From the NCBI GenBank assembly GCA_902584815.1, contig CACIBF010000003.1:4500-68499 (forward strand): 64,000 nucleotides of DNA, written 5' to 3'. The translations under genes were made by a program, and so were the position numbers. Below are positions 9,339 to 17,993 of the stretch, piece by piece. The DNA is from an uncultured Pelagibacteraceae bacterium. Its GTDB lineage: Bacteria > Pseudomonadota > Alphaproteobacteria > Pelagibacterales > AG-422-B15. The notes under the pieces are model-generated. The model made no database searches and was not told where the DNA came from. It worked only from the letters and a program-made list of their open reading frames with translations. Each line of letters begins with the position of its first letter. The stretch's first letter is position 1.

Positions 9339-10084
9339 CTCTTTTCTCCTCGAATACCGGCATCTTGCTGCCCCAAATAAAATTCCTTAATATCTTCTTT
9401 ATCTAACAACTCAGCACTATCACCTTCCATTACTATTCTTCCAAGTTCCAACACATAACCAAAATCCGAATTACTGAGTGCTATATTTGCATTTTGTTCA
9501 ACAAGAAGTATGGTTGTTTTTAACTCTTTATTAATTCTTACAATAATCTTAAAAATTTCTTTAACTAGTTTTGGAGATAAGCCTAGTGATGGCTCATCTA
9601 ATAACATAATGCTTGGTCTGCTCATTAAAGATCTGCTAATACAAAGCATCTGTTGTTCTCCTCCAGATAATAACCCTGCGGGCTGATTCATTCTTTCTTT
9701 TAAAATTGGAAAATAGTTAAACACTTGCTCTAAATCTATATTTATTTCTTTCTGATCATTTCTTGTAAATGCTCCCATTTGGAGATTTTCAAGTACGCTG
9801 CAATATGGAAAAACTTCTCTTCCTTCAGGAGAGTGACTCATTCCTAGTTTTAATATTTTGTCTGGATCCTTTTTTTGTATTTCCTTTCCGTTTAGAGTAA
9901 TTTTACCTTTTCTTGGATCTATTGCGCCTGAGATTGTTTTGAGAATCGTTGTCTTTCCTGCACCATTAGACCCTAAAATTGTAACTATTGATCCTTTCTT
10001 AACTTCAAAACTAACACCCCTAATAGCCATGATTGGACCATAGTAAGTTTCAATGTTTTCAACTTTTAAAAGAGATTCATTCAT
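9311..10084 (-). CDS. livF: ABC transporter ATP-binding protein, LivF type
   Basis: 257 aa. LLKVENIETYYG start typical of LivF, Walker A GSNGAGKTT, signature LSGGEQQML, Walker B MLLDEPSLGL. Lys-rich C-terminal tail overlaps the acyl-CoA ligase start by 28 nt. Confidence 0.8.
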   Translation of the reverse strand: MNESLLKVENIETYYGPIMAIRGVSFEVKKGSIVTILGSNGAGKTTILKTISGAIDPRKGKITLNGKEIQKKDPDKILKLGMSHSPEGREVFPYCSVLENLQMGAFTRNDQKEINIDLEQVFNYFPILKERMNQPAGLLSGGEQQMLCISRSLMSRPSIMLLDEPSLGLSPKLVKEIFKIIVRINKELKTTILLVEQNANIALSNSDFGYVLELGRIVMEGDSAELLDKEDIKEFYLGQQDAGIRGEKRWKKKKMWR

Positions 10085-10088
10085 TGTC

Positions 10089-11876
10089 TTAATTTAACAG
10101 TTTCTTAGGAATAGGAATTTCTCTACTTAGAAGTATTTGTGCATAAGCTTTTCCTTGAGGATCATTTCTCAAACTTGCTGGTCCACCTCCACCTAGTACA
10201 TCATGAAGTAAAAAATTAATAGAGTATGAGCCAGGAAGTAAAAATTTTTCAATGTCCCCTTTTAGAAATTTACTAAATGACTTTTTTACAAATTCTTCAG
10301 TTAAATAGTGACATAAGGCTGGAAAGTATTTTTGATCTCTTGCGATAATCCCAATATTTGCTTTATCTCCTTTATCTCCACTTCTTCCGTAAGCAATATC
10401 AATTAATGGTACATCAATAAGCTCTTCTTCGATATCGTTGTATTCAGGTTTTGAGGGTCTAATAGTTTGATTGAAATCATAAATTTCTCCATGTGATACT
10501 TCTATATCATGCTCCTTATCATCAATTATTTTTATTGGCACTTTTGATTTAGGAATTAGAAATGAAAAAAGCCTCACCACAGGTGATGGCTTTGGTCTAG
10601 CTCCAGCGAATCCAGAAAGACCTGGAGGAGTTGCTAGCCCAAGTCCCACAGATTCTTTAAGCATAATACCAATAGCTCTTATGTCTTCATGTTTTGCGGC
10701 AAATTTCAAAACAACTTCTTTATTAGCGTGTGTCTCATCAATGTCTATTGAATATTGGCTATTGTTACCAATTACTTCAATACTTGTTTCATCAAAATCA
10801 GATATATTCATGGCCCTCATAATTGTTTTTGATCTTTGAAAAATTGCATCGCCAAAAACTTGCGCTTTCTTATCAGCATCAATCCCAACAAAGGAACATA
10901 AATGGCCACCCCTAAATCCATCGGCATACGTCACACTTACTTTATAATCTTTTGGAGATGGATACCCTTTTGCACCTGAAACTTGAATTTTATTTTTTTC
11001 AATCTCAATTAATTCTACATTTGAAAAATCACAAATTACATCGGGAAGAATATAAGCTTGAGGATCTCCTATTTCATAAAGCATCTGCTCTGATACAGTG
11101 CCAATATTAACGATACCAGATGAACATTTAGATTTAGCACAAGTGAATAAGCCGCTGCTTTCAATTTCAACTATTGGATAACCTATATCATTTAAATTTT
11201 CAGATACTTGTTCCCAGTCTGTAAAATTACCACCTGTGCTTTGAGTGCCGCATTCAATAATATGGCCAGCAAGACTCCCTGAAGAAAGTAAGTCATATTC
11301 ATTTTCATTCCATCCAAATGAATATATGCAGGCTCCTAACGTAACTGCACTATCTACACTTCTACCTGTTATTACAATATCTGCTCCATTTTCTAGAGCT
11401 TTAGCAATTGGAAAAGCTCCAAGGTAAGCATTAATGCTGGCGATTTTATCTGGATCAGGAAAATCAACTCCAGAATACATTTCTAAAATCTTACCTTTGT
11501 TTAAGGTTTCTTTCTCAGATATTAAATCATCACCTAAAATGACAGCGACTTTAAGATCTAATTTCTGTTCTTTAATCAATTCTCGTAAAGCATCTGCACA
11601 TGCATTCGGATTTACTCCACCAGCATTTGATAATATCTTAATATTTTGATCCGCTATCTGCCTTAAATTTAATTTCATAACACTCGATACAAAATCAGTA
11701 GCATAACCCTTTGACGGATCCTTACTTCTAGCTCGAGCCATAATAGACATTGTAATCTCAGCTAGATAATCATAGACAATGAAATCAAGAGAATTTCCAT
11801 TAAGTAACTGTGGGGTAGCAATGACAGAATCTCCCCAAAAACCGCTAGCTCCACCTATTCTTATTGATTTTGTCAT
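10089..11876 (-). CDS. atuA: AtuA-like protein (acyclic terpene utilisation family, DUF1446 with a fused DUF4387-like C-terminal domain)
   Basis: 595 aa. N-terminus IRIGGASGFWGDS..LDFIVYDYLAE typical of DUF1446/AtuA. C-terminal block AYGRSGDKGDKANIGIIARD..LGGGGPASLRNDPQGK. Confidence 0.65.
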   Translation of the reverse strand: MTKSIRIGGASGFWGDSVIATPQLLNGNSLDFIVYDYLAEITMSIMARARSKDPSKGYATDFVSSVMKLNLRQIADQNIKILSNAGGVNPNACADALRELIKEQKLDLKVAVILGDDLISEKETLNKGKILEMYSGVDFPDPDKIASINAYLGAFPIAKALENGADIVITGRSVDSAVTLGACIYSFGWNENEYDLLSSGSLAGHIIECGTQSTGGNFTDWEQVSENLNDIGYPIVEIESSGLFTCAKSKCSSGIVNIGTVSEQMLYEIGDPQAYILPDVICDFSNVELIEIEKNKIQVSGAKGYPSPKDYKVSVTYADGFRGGHLCSFVGIDADKKAQVFGDAIFQRSKTIMRAMNISDFDETSIEVIGNNSQYSIDIDETHANKEVVLKFAAKHEDIRAIGIMLKESVGLGLATPPGLSGFAGARPKPSPVVRLFSFLIPKSKVPIKIIDDKEHDIEVSHGEIYDFNQTIRPSKPEYNDIEEELIDVPLIDIAYGRSGDKGDKANIGIIARDQKYFPALCHYLTEEFVKKSFSKFLKGDIEKFLLPGSYSINFLLHDVLGGGGPASLRNDPQGKAYAQILLSREIPIPKKLLN

Positions 11877-11927
11877 AAGGTAGGAAGTATATATATTTTT
11901 TTTAAAAAAACTTATATTTTCTTACTC

Positions 11928-12332
11928 ATGGCAATAAGTTTCACAGACTCAATCAAGAAGGCATTTATAAAAGCTTTTGATTTTAAAACTCGCTCCTCGA
12001 GAGCGGAGTTTTGGCATTTTTATTTATTTACAGTCATTGTTGGCATGATTGGTATTCAAATTGATCAATATCTTTCATTAGAATTAATAAATTTTGAACT
12101 ATCTCGTTCACCTAATAATCAATTCATTTTAGGTCATTTTTATTTATTCACTTATTTTCTATTCTTAGTCCCATCTCTATCTCTTTATATCAGAAGATTA
12201 CACGATACCGATCGGTCTGGATGGTGGCTATTGATAATGGCAATACCTTTTATTGGCTTTGTAACTATTGTAATGTTTTGGCTTCTTAAGGGGAATGAAA
12301 AAAGAAATCGATATGGAGACCCGATGATTTAG
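11928..12332 (+). CDS. DUF805-family inner-membrane protein
   Basis: 134 aa. RSSRAEFWHFYLF, RRLHDTDRSGWWLL and C-terminal NRYGDP are the DUF805 (YhaH/YhaI-like) hallmarks. 3-4 TM segments. Confidence 0.75.
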   Translation: MAISFTDSIKKAFIKAFDFKTRSSRAEFWHFYLFTVIVGMIGIQIDQYLSLELINFELSRSPNNQFILGHFYLFTYFLFLVPSLSLYIRRLHDTDRSGWWLLIMAIPFIGFVTIVMFWLLKGNEKRNRYGDPMI

Positions 12333-12814
12333 GAGTCTTCCTTTTGTTTTAAATTTCTGTATTCACTTCGATAATAAATTAAAGGATTTCTATTTTCATC
12401 AATTGAAAGGTTTTCGACTTCTCCAATAACTAGAACATGGTCAGCAATATCTATTTTTTGAAAAACTTTTAACTCAATAAAACCAAGCGTATTATCTAGA
12501 ATAATATTCCCATTCTTGGATATTTGATGTGCAACATTTTCAGCTTTATTTGTTTCTTTAGAAGCAAATAATTTTGAAATATCTTTTTGATCTGATGATA
12601 AAAAATTAATAGCAAATTTATCATTCTTTAAAAATTCAACGTAATCAGTTTCAGTTTTATAAATATTAAAAATCATTAATGGTGGATTTAGACTTAATGA
12701 TGCAAATGAATTTACTGTAAACCCACTAGTATGAGAAGTTGCAACACAAACACCTGTAGCGAATGAGCCAAAAGCTTTTTTAAGTTGATCAACTTCAAAT
12801 TTATTATCTGTCAT
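12329..12814 (-). CDS. Flavin reductase family protein (FMN-binding split barrel)
   Basis: 161 aa. FGSFATGVCVAT..TVNSFASLSLNPPL motif of flavin reductase-like domains. Confidence 0.75.
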   Translation of the reverse strand: MTDNKFEVDQLKKAFGSFATGVCVATSHTSGFTVNSFASLSLNPPLMIFNIYKTETDYVEFLKNDKFAINFLSSDQKDISKLFASKETNKAENVAHQISKNGNIILDNTLGFIELKVFQKIDIADHVLVIGEVENLSIDENRNPLIYYRSEYRNLKQKEDS

Positions 12815-12841
12815 GATTATAATTATAAATTATTAGCTTAA

Positions 12842-13783
12842 TTACACTAATATTGACTTGAGTAAAGGTATATATCCCTTTTTAATTTCCATTCTATCGG
12901 TATATTTTTTAGCGACCAATAAGTTATGAGCATGCTTTAACTTGTAGCATGGAATAAACATAAATAAGTGATGTTCTAGATGGTAATTAACGTAATATGG
13001 AGCTACAAAGCAACGTTCAATAAATGATGCATGAGTTGTTCTTGCGTTATTAAAGTCATCGCAATCGTTTGGAACAACAGCATGTTCTGCAATATTACGA
13101 ATTCTATAAAAAAATTGAAAAATAGTTAGAGCAGGCACTAGCCAAAAAGCAAAATAATACCACCAGCTGCCTACAATACTCATAGAGATAAATATTAAAA
13201 ATTGTGATAATAAAATTCCTCTTAATGTCGTTTTTGATTTGAAACCTGAAATTTCTTTTCCATCTACTTTTAATGTATCATTATCAAAAGTTCTTTTAAT
13301 AGATTGATATCGTTGCTTGATACCAGTTATTCCACTCAAATCTCTTAACATTTTTCGAATAAAACTACTTTTTGTAATAGGAAATGGCTTTGAAAGAACC
13401 AAGTCTGGATCATCTTTGGTTTGAGTATGTCTATGATGCTTTAAATGATAATGTCTATAATCATATGTATCAACTGCCATTGGAAATGCACAGAATAATT
13501 GAGATATATAATTATTAAATTTTACATTATTTGCAATTAATCCATGCGCACCTTCATGCATCAGAATCGCTAGCCCCAATTGTCTACCAGCAATAAAAGT
13601 AATTATAACTAAGTAAAAAATAAAACTTGGGAATAAAGTATAAACAAATAAAAGTGAAAATATAACCAACCAAGCATGAGCAACTAACAAAGTGCCCATT
13701 AAAGAGCTTTTAGTTCTCAAATATTTTACTTGAGAAGAGTCTAGTATCTCATTAGGTTTGATAGTTGGTGTAGTGACTGTCAT
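12842..13783 (-). CDS. Membrane fatty-acid desaturase family protein (di-iron, three His boxes)
   Basis: 313 aa. His boxes HEGAHG, HLKHHRH and HLEHHLF, with TM segments between them. Confidence 0.8.
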   Translation of the reverse strand: MTVTTPTIKPNEILDSSQVKYLRTKSSLMGTLLVAHAWLVIFSLLFVYTLFPSFIFYLVIITFIAGRQLGLAILMHEGAHGLIANNVKFNNYISQLFCAFPMAVDTYDYRHYHLKHHRHTQTKDDPDLVLSKPFPITKSSFIRKMLRDLSGITGIKQRYQSIKRTFDNDTLKVDGKEISGFKSKTTLRGILLSQFLIFISMSIVGSWWYYFAFWLVPALTIFQFFYRIRNIAEHAVVPNDCDDFNNARTTHASFIERCFVAPYYVNYHLEHHLFMFIPCYKLKHAHNLLVAKKYTDRMEIKKGYIPLLKSILV

Positions 13784-13953
13784 ACAGTTAATATAATCTT
13801 AAAATAATCTAGCTCAATAATATTTAACTTATTGATTTTATTATAAGGTTTTTTGTTGTTTTTTTATGACGATAAAAATTAAGCATAATATTTAGTGTAT
13901 CAGCAAATCATATTTACCATAAAATTTTAGCTTAAATTATACAAGGAGTTAAT

Positions 13954-14658
13954 ATGAACATGATTAGAAATTTTTTTATTATCTTCTCAAGCTTAATCAT
14001 TCTAAGCACAGCTAATGTATCTGCATTTGTGTTTGATGTTTGGGAAATTGAAGGTAGTAATCCACAAGAAGTTGCTGAAGCTACAACAAAGTTTAAAGCT
14101 CTTGCAATGGCGGGCGGTGCTCAGTATTTAGATATTAGATCATCTGTTAAAATAAGAGGTGATCGATCTCAAGATACTAGTTTCGTTATAGGATACTATG
14201 AAAACATGCAAGCTATGTTAGAAACTAATGCTTTAGTTCAACAAAATCCTGACTGGCTTCAATCAACATTTGGAGATAACGATGGCGTAGTCACTACTTC
14301 TGGAACTTTCGGAAATGATACAGAGTTTACAGGAGAAATCGAAGTGGGTAATGCAGTCGCATACTCATTTGCAGAAGTAAATGATGGTATAAACTTTTTC
14401 TTTAACTTTCCTAAAGTAGCAAAGATGATGGCTGAAGCTGGAGCTCCTGCCGCTATTGGTGTAGCAGGCTGTGCAGTTTGTGGAAGTGAAACACTTCCTG
14501 CAAATACAGTAATGTGGATGTCAGCGGCAAATTCAAGTGATCTTGGTAAGGCTATGGATATATTTAGTTCAAATAAGATGCAGCGATGGATCTATTCAAA
14601 CTTAGCTCCTCACCTAAACATTACTGATGGTGGAATCCATATTGTTACTAGTAATTAA
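13954..14658 (+). CDS. Secreted hypothetical protein
   Basis: 234 aa. AAGGAG RBS upstream. Signal peptide MNMIRNFFIIFSSLIILSTANVSA. No family recognised. Followed by a hairpin terminator. Confidence 0.6.
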   Translation: MNMIRNFFIIFSSLIILSTANVSAFVFDVWEIEGSNPQEVAEATTKFKALAMAGGAQYLDIRSSVKIRGDRSQDTSFVIGYYENMQAMLETNALVQQNPDWLQSTFGDNDGVVTTSGTFGNDTEFTGEIEVGNAVAYSFAEVNDGINFFFNFPKVAKMMAEAGAPAAIGVAGCAVCGSETLPANTVMWMSAANSSDLGKAMDIFSSNKMQRWIYSNLAPHLNITDGGIHIVTSN

Positions 14659-14672
14659 TACCTTTTGATAGG

Positions 14673-14706
14673 AACCCTGAGAATAACTACTCAGGGTTTC
14701 TATTTC
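14673..14706 (+). terminator. Putative intrinsic terminator hairpin between convergent genes
   Basis: aaccctgag (14673-14681) pairs with ctcagggtt (14690-14698) across an 8-nt loop, followed by tctatttc. It is the only clear GC-containing hairpin I found in an intergenic gap. Confidence 0.5.
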
Positions 14707-14768
14707 AAATATACTTTCTTTAAATTTTTTGTAACAAATTTACTTACACAATAATAATTAGACAATTA

Positions 14769-15719
14769 TTATCTTATGGTTTGATCTGTAGCCAGAACTT
14801 GATCATTTATTCGCTCTCGATAGAAGATATAAATCCCACCAGTTACAATAATAAATATTCCTATCCAACTTTGTGATGAAATGGTTTCACCCCATATTAA
14901 CCTGCCATAAATTACTGCCCATACCAATAAAATGTACTCAAAAGGAGCAACAATATATGGCTTTCCTAACCTGTAAGCGCTTATGGTAAAAACAAATGCT
15001 AACACTGCAGTTAATCCGACAAGTATCATTAACACTAAGTTGATATCAAAATTATATGCCCAAGATCGGAACATGAAGTCTGTGACTTGATTAGATGGAT
15101 CATGAAGATTAAGTATATTTCCAATGAAAGCACTGATTGGGCATAAGATCATCGCCGTAAAATAAAAATGAAAAGTTTGAGCGTATACATTGTCTTTATC
15201 TGAAGTAATTTTGATAATGATCATCGCACCCGCATAACACATTGCACATAAAATTGGAAAAATCATATAAAAGTTAAATTCACTTGAAAAAGGGTCTGCT
15301 ATAATTAGAACTCCTAAAAACCCAAACAAGACTGTAAGCCAACGCCTTATACCAATAGTCTCACCTAAAAATACTTTGGATAGAATGGTGACAAAAAAAG
15401 GTGCTGTAAAAAATAATGATGTACAAATAGCAAAAGATAAATTTGCTAAGCCAACATAAAATAAAGCAAAACCAAATAGAAATATTATTCCTCTGAATAT
15501 TGTTAATGAAAGATAATTGGTTGAAAACTCTATTTTAATGTTCATGACTCTTAAATAAGCGACAAGCAAAGAGGATCCTACAATGCTTCGCGTAAATAAG
15601 ATTTGAAAAGTGGAAACTTCATTTGATAAAAGTCTAATTAATACATCCTGGATAGAAAAGATAGACATCCCTATTAAAATGCAGATAATTGACAATAAAT
15701 TATTATCTAATTTATTCAT
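14769..15719 (-). CDS. DMT-superfamily (EamA-like) transporter
   Basis: 316 aa, about 10 TM segments in two halves, typical EamA-repeat composition. Confidence 0.7.
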   Translation of the reverse strand: MNKLDNNLLSIICILIGMSIFSIQDVLIRLLSNEVSTFQILFTRSIVGSSLLVAYLRVMNIKIEFSTNYLSLTIFRGIIFLFGFALFYVGLANLSFAICTSLFFTAPFFVTILSKVFLGETIGIRRWLTVLFGFLGVLIIADPFSSEFNFYMIFPILCAMCYAGAMIIIKITSDKDNVYAQTFHFYFTAMILCPISAFIGNILNLHDPSNQVTDFMFRSWAYNFDINLVLMILVGLTAVLAFVFTISAYRLGKPYIVAPFEYILLVWAVIYGRLIWGETISSQSWIGIFIIVTGGIYIFYRERINDQVLATDQTIR

Positions 15720-15748
15720 AAGTATTTAATGAGTAACCAATGAAGAAG

Positions 15749-16903
15749 TTATCCTAACTTTTCGAGAACTAATTCACTCCAATAAGATGATCCTGTTACT
15801 AATAGTTTGTCATTAAAATCATAATCTGAAGAATGCAACGTCTTACCACAGGATCCATCAATTCCATTTCCAATTAGAATATAACAACCTGGTTTTTTCA
15901 TTAACATTTGAGAAAAATCTTCAGAAAATAATTTTGGCTCACAATCTTCATCTACATTTTCTTTTCCAACTAGTTTTTCAGCAACCATTGATGCAAATCT
16001 TGCCTGCTCAGGTGAATTAATTGTCATATTGGTTCTAGTCCTATATTCAAATTTTGCTTCTATGCCATGTGCCTGAGCCATGCCATTCACAATACTTTTC
16101 ATTGATTCTTCCATGATTTTATTTGAATCAGGAGATAAAGCTCTCGTATCCCCTAATATAAGTGCATGTCCTGGTAAAACATTTTCAGTTCCATCAGTAA
16201 TAAATTCTGTAACAGAAACTACACCATTAACTGCAGGATTTAATTTTCTTGAAACTATGGATTGAAGAGCGGTAATGATTTGAGTACCAACAGTTATTGT
16301 GTCAACTCCCATGTGTGGTAACGCAGAGTGTCCTCCTATACCTTTTAATTCAATACGAAATAAACTTTCACTACCAGTAATTGTTCCAGCTCTTGTAGCA
16401 AATGTTCCAACATCCATTCCTGGTAAATTATGAAATGCATAAATTTCATCCATTGAAAAACGATCGAATAAGCCATCATCAATCATAGCTTGAGCACCTT
16501 GAGTTTGTTCTTCATCTGGTTGAAAGACAAAATAAGCTGTTCCATCAAAATTTTCTTTTTCAGCTAAATGTTTGGCGGCTCCCAATGCCATTGTAACGTG
16601 ACCATCGTGACCACAAGCATGCATTTTGCCATCATGCTTGGATCTATAATCAAATGTATTAGCTTCATTAACTGGCAAAGCATCCATATCAGCTCTTATT
16701 CCGATGCTTCGGTTTGAATTTCCTTTTTTGATAACTCCGACTAAACCTGTTCTACCAATATTATTATGAACTTCAATATTTGCAGACCTTAGTATTGACT
16801 CAATTTTTTTTGAAGTTTCAGTAACGTCAAAATTTAACTCCGGTTGTGAATGAAATTCTCTTCTTAATTTTATCAAATCATTTTCTAGATAAGATGTTCT
16901 CAT
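15749..16903 (-). CDS. M20D-family amidohydrolase (N-acyl-amino-acid / hippurate hydrolase-like)
   Basis: 384 aa. LRREFHSQPEL, IRADMDALP, MHACGHDGH metal-binding motifs. Confidence 0.85.
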   Translation of the reverse strand: MRTSYLENDLIKLRREFHSQPELNFDVTETSKKIESILRSANIEVHNNIGRTGLVGVIKKGNSNRSIGIRADMDALPVNEANTFDYRSKHDGKMHACGHDGHVTMALGAAKHLAEKENFDGTAYFVFQPDEEQTQGAQAMIDDGLFDRFSMDEIYAFHNLPGMDVGTFATRAGTITGSESLFRIELKGIGGHSALPHMGVDTITVGTQIITALQSIVSRKLNPAVNGVVSVTEFITDGTENVLPGHALILGDTRALSPDSNKIMEESMKSIVNGMAQAHGIEAKFEYRTRTNMTINSPEQARFASMVAEKLVGKENVDEDCEPKLFSEDFSQMLMKKPGCYILIGNGIDGSCGKTLHSSDYDFNDKLLVTGSSYWSELVLEKLG

Positions 16904-16924
16904 AAAATAATATTAATTTATGTA

Positions 16925-17485
16925 CTATAAAAGAGCTGGAAGCATTAAGAACAAGATAAGAGGTAGCCTCATCTTTTTTTGGTATAATTTTTTGCAAGGC
17001 TCGTAATTTTCTTCTGCGCCACAGTCAAGTTCATCAGTATAGGTAATTTTTGACTCTGGGTTATACGGCTGACTTAAGATCTCAATTAAAGAATTTTTTA
17101 GGATAATTGAATTTTTTTCAAAAGTTCTAGGTGATAAATCGTACAAATGAACAAGGGTTTCATTATAAATTTTATATGCATAATGAGGTGTATTATTTAG
17201 TTCTGATTTAAAAAGATCAAAAATTTGATTTGCATCTTTTGTTTTGGATCTCTCATTAAATGCCTTCTCAGTTCTTGATTTAAATTCTTCGGGAGCTCTT
17301 TTAAAATAAATATTGTCAAAACCAAGAATATCCATTGAGTCAACAAAACTTGAAAAACTTGAAGAATTAATCTTATTAACTTGAACAGGGTTTGAATTTG
17401 GATCATCTGGTGAACCGGCCATTGATAAAGGTATAAATGAAAAAATGAAGAAGAAAGTTAATATAAATATGTGACGATAATGCAT
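16925..17485 (-). CDS. Hypothetical exported protein with a C-terminal hydrophobic tail
   Basis: 186 aa. N-terminal signal/anchor MHYRHIFILTFFFIFSFIPLSMAG and C-terminal KKMRLPLILFLMLPALL. No family recognised. Confidence 0.5.
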   Translation of the reverse strand: MHYRHIFILTFFFIFSFIPLSMAGSPDDPNSNPVQVNKINSSSFSSFVDSMDILGFDNIYFKRAPEEFKSRTEKAFNERSKTKDANQIFDLFKSELNNTPHYAYKIYNETLVHLYDLSPRTFEKNSIILKNSLIEILSQPYNPESKITYTDELDCGAEENYEPCKKLYQKKMRLPLILFLMLPALL

Positions 17486-17591
17486 AATCTCATAAACAAT
17501 GTTTGATTTAAGATACTATAAATTTAGATCAATTAGAATATTTTTATCTCTTTCTTTTGGAATTTACTCGTTTTTATAATAGCTTACCAGT

Positions 17592-17765
17592 ATGGATACT
17601 GACGAATTAGAGCCTATTAAAAAGATCAAAAAAATTGATTTTGATGAATTAAGCATAGAAGAGCTAAAAGATTATATTCTTGAAATGGAGACAGAAATCA
17701 AAAAATGTCATGAGTACATCAAAAGTAAGCAAAGCGATAAATTAAAAGCTGAGGAACTATTTAAA
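17592..17765 (+). CDS. DUF1192-like small coiled-coil protein
   Basis: 57-aa ORF below the track cutoff, hand-translated: MDTDELEPIKKIKKIDFDELSIEELKDYILEMETEIKKCHEYIKSKQSDKLKAEELF. It matches the DUF1192 pattern (L-S-[IV]-EEL..RI..LE.EI......K......A...F) common in alphaproteobacteria. Confidence 0.55.
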
Positions 17766-17770
17766 TAATA

Positions 17771-17992
17771 ATGAAAGATTTTAGCGTTTGGCCTGGCGTT
17801 CTTATTGTTTGCTTTGTTGCAATAACCATATTAACAATTTTTCCATCAAAACATAAACAATGCATTGATAGAAACAGCACAATCATAGAAAAACTTCAAG
17901 AAAATGATGCTGATAGAGAAACAATAAAGAATAAAGGGTATGAAATCGGTATTGGCTGTAGAACCGATACAAATTTTAACCTAACAGAATAA
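17771..17992 (+). CDS. Small membrane protein, hypothetical
   Basis: 73 aa with one N-terminal TM segment (VWPGVLIVCFVAITILTIF). Starts 5 nt after the DUF1192-like stop. Confidence 0.4.
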   Translation: MKDFSVWPGVLIVCFVAITILTIFPSKHKQCIDRNSTIIEKLQENDADRETIKNKGYEIGIGCRTDTNFNLTE

Positions 17993-17993
17993 T

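Noticed and set aside
17197-17406. A 69-aa minus-strand ORF nested in another frame of the 186-aa exported-protein gene.
   Set aside because: It lies fully inside the longer ORF on the same strand, with no RBS and a repetitive Leu/Ile/Gln composition. It is most likely a frame artefact.
17575-17580. A perfect TATAAT hexamer 11 nt upstream of the DUF1192-like ATG, a possible promoter for a near-leaderless mRNA.
   Set aside because: Such hexamers arise frequently by chance in DNA of about 28% GC, and no convincing -35 element sits at 17-nt spacing. This is not enough to report as a feature.
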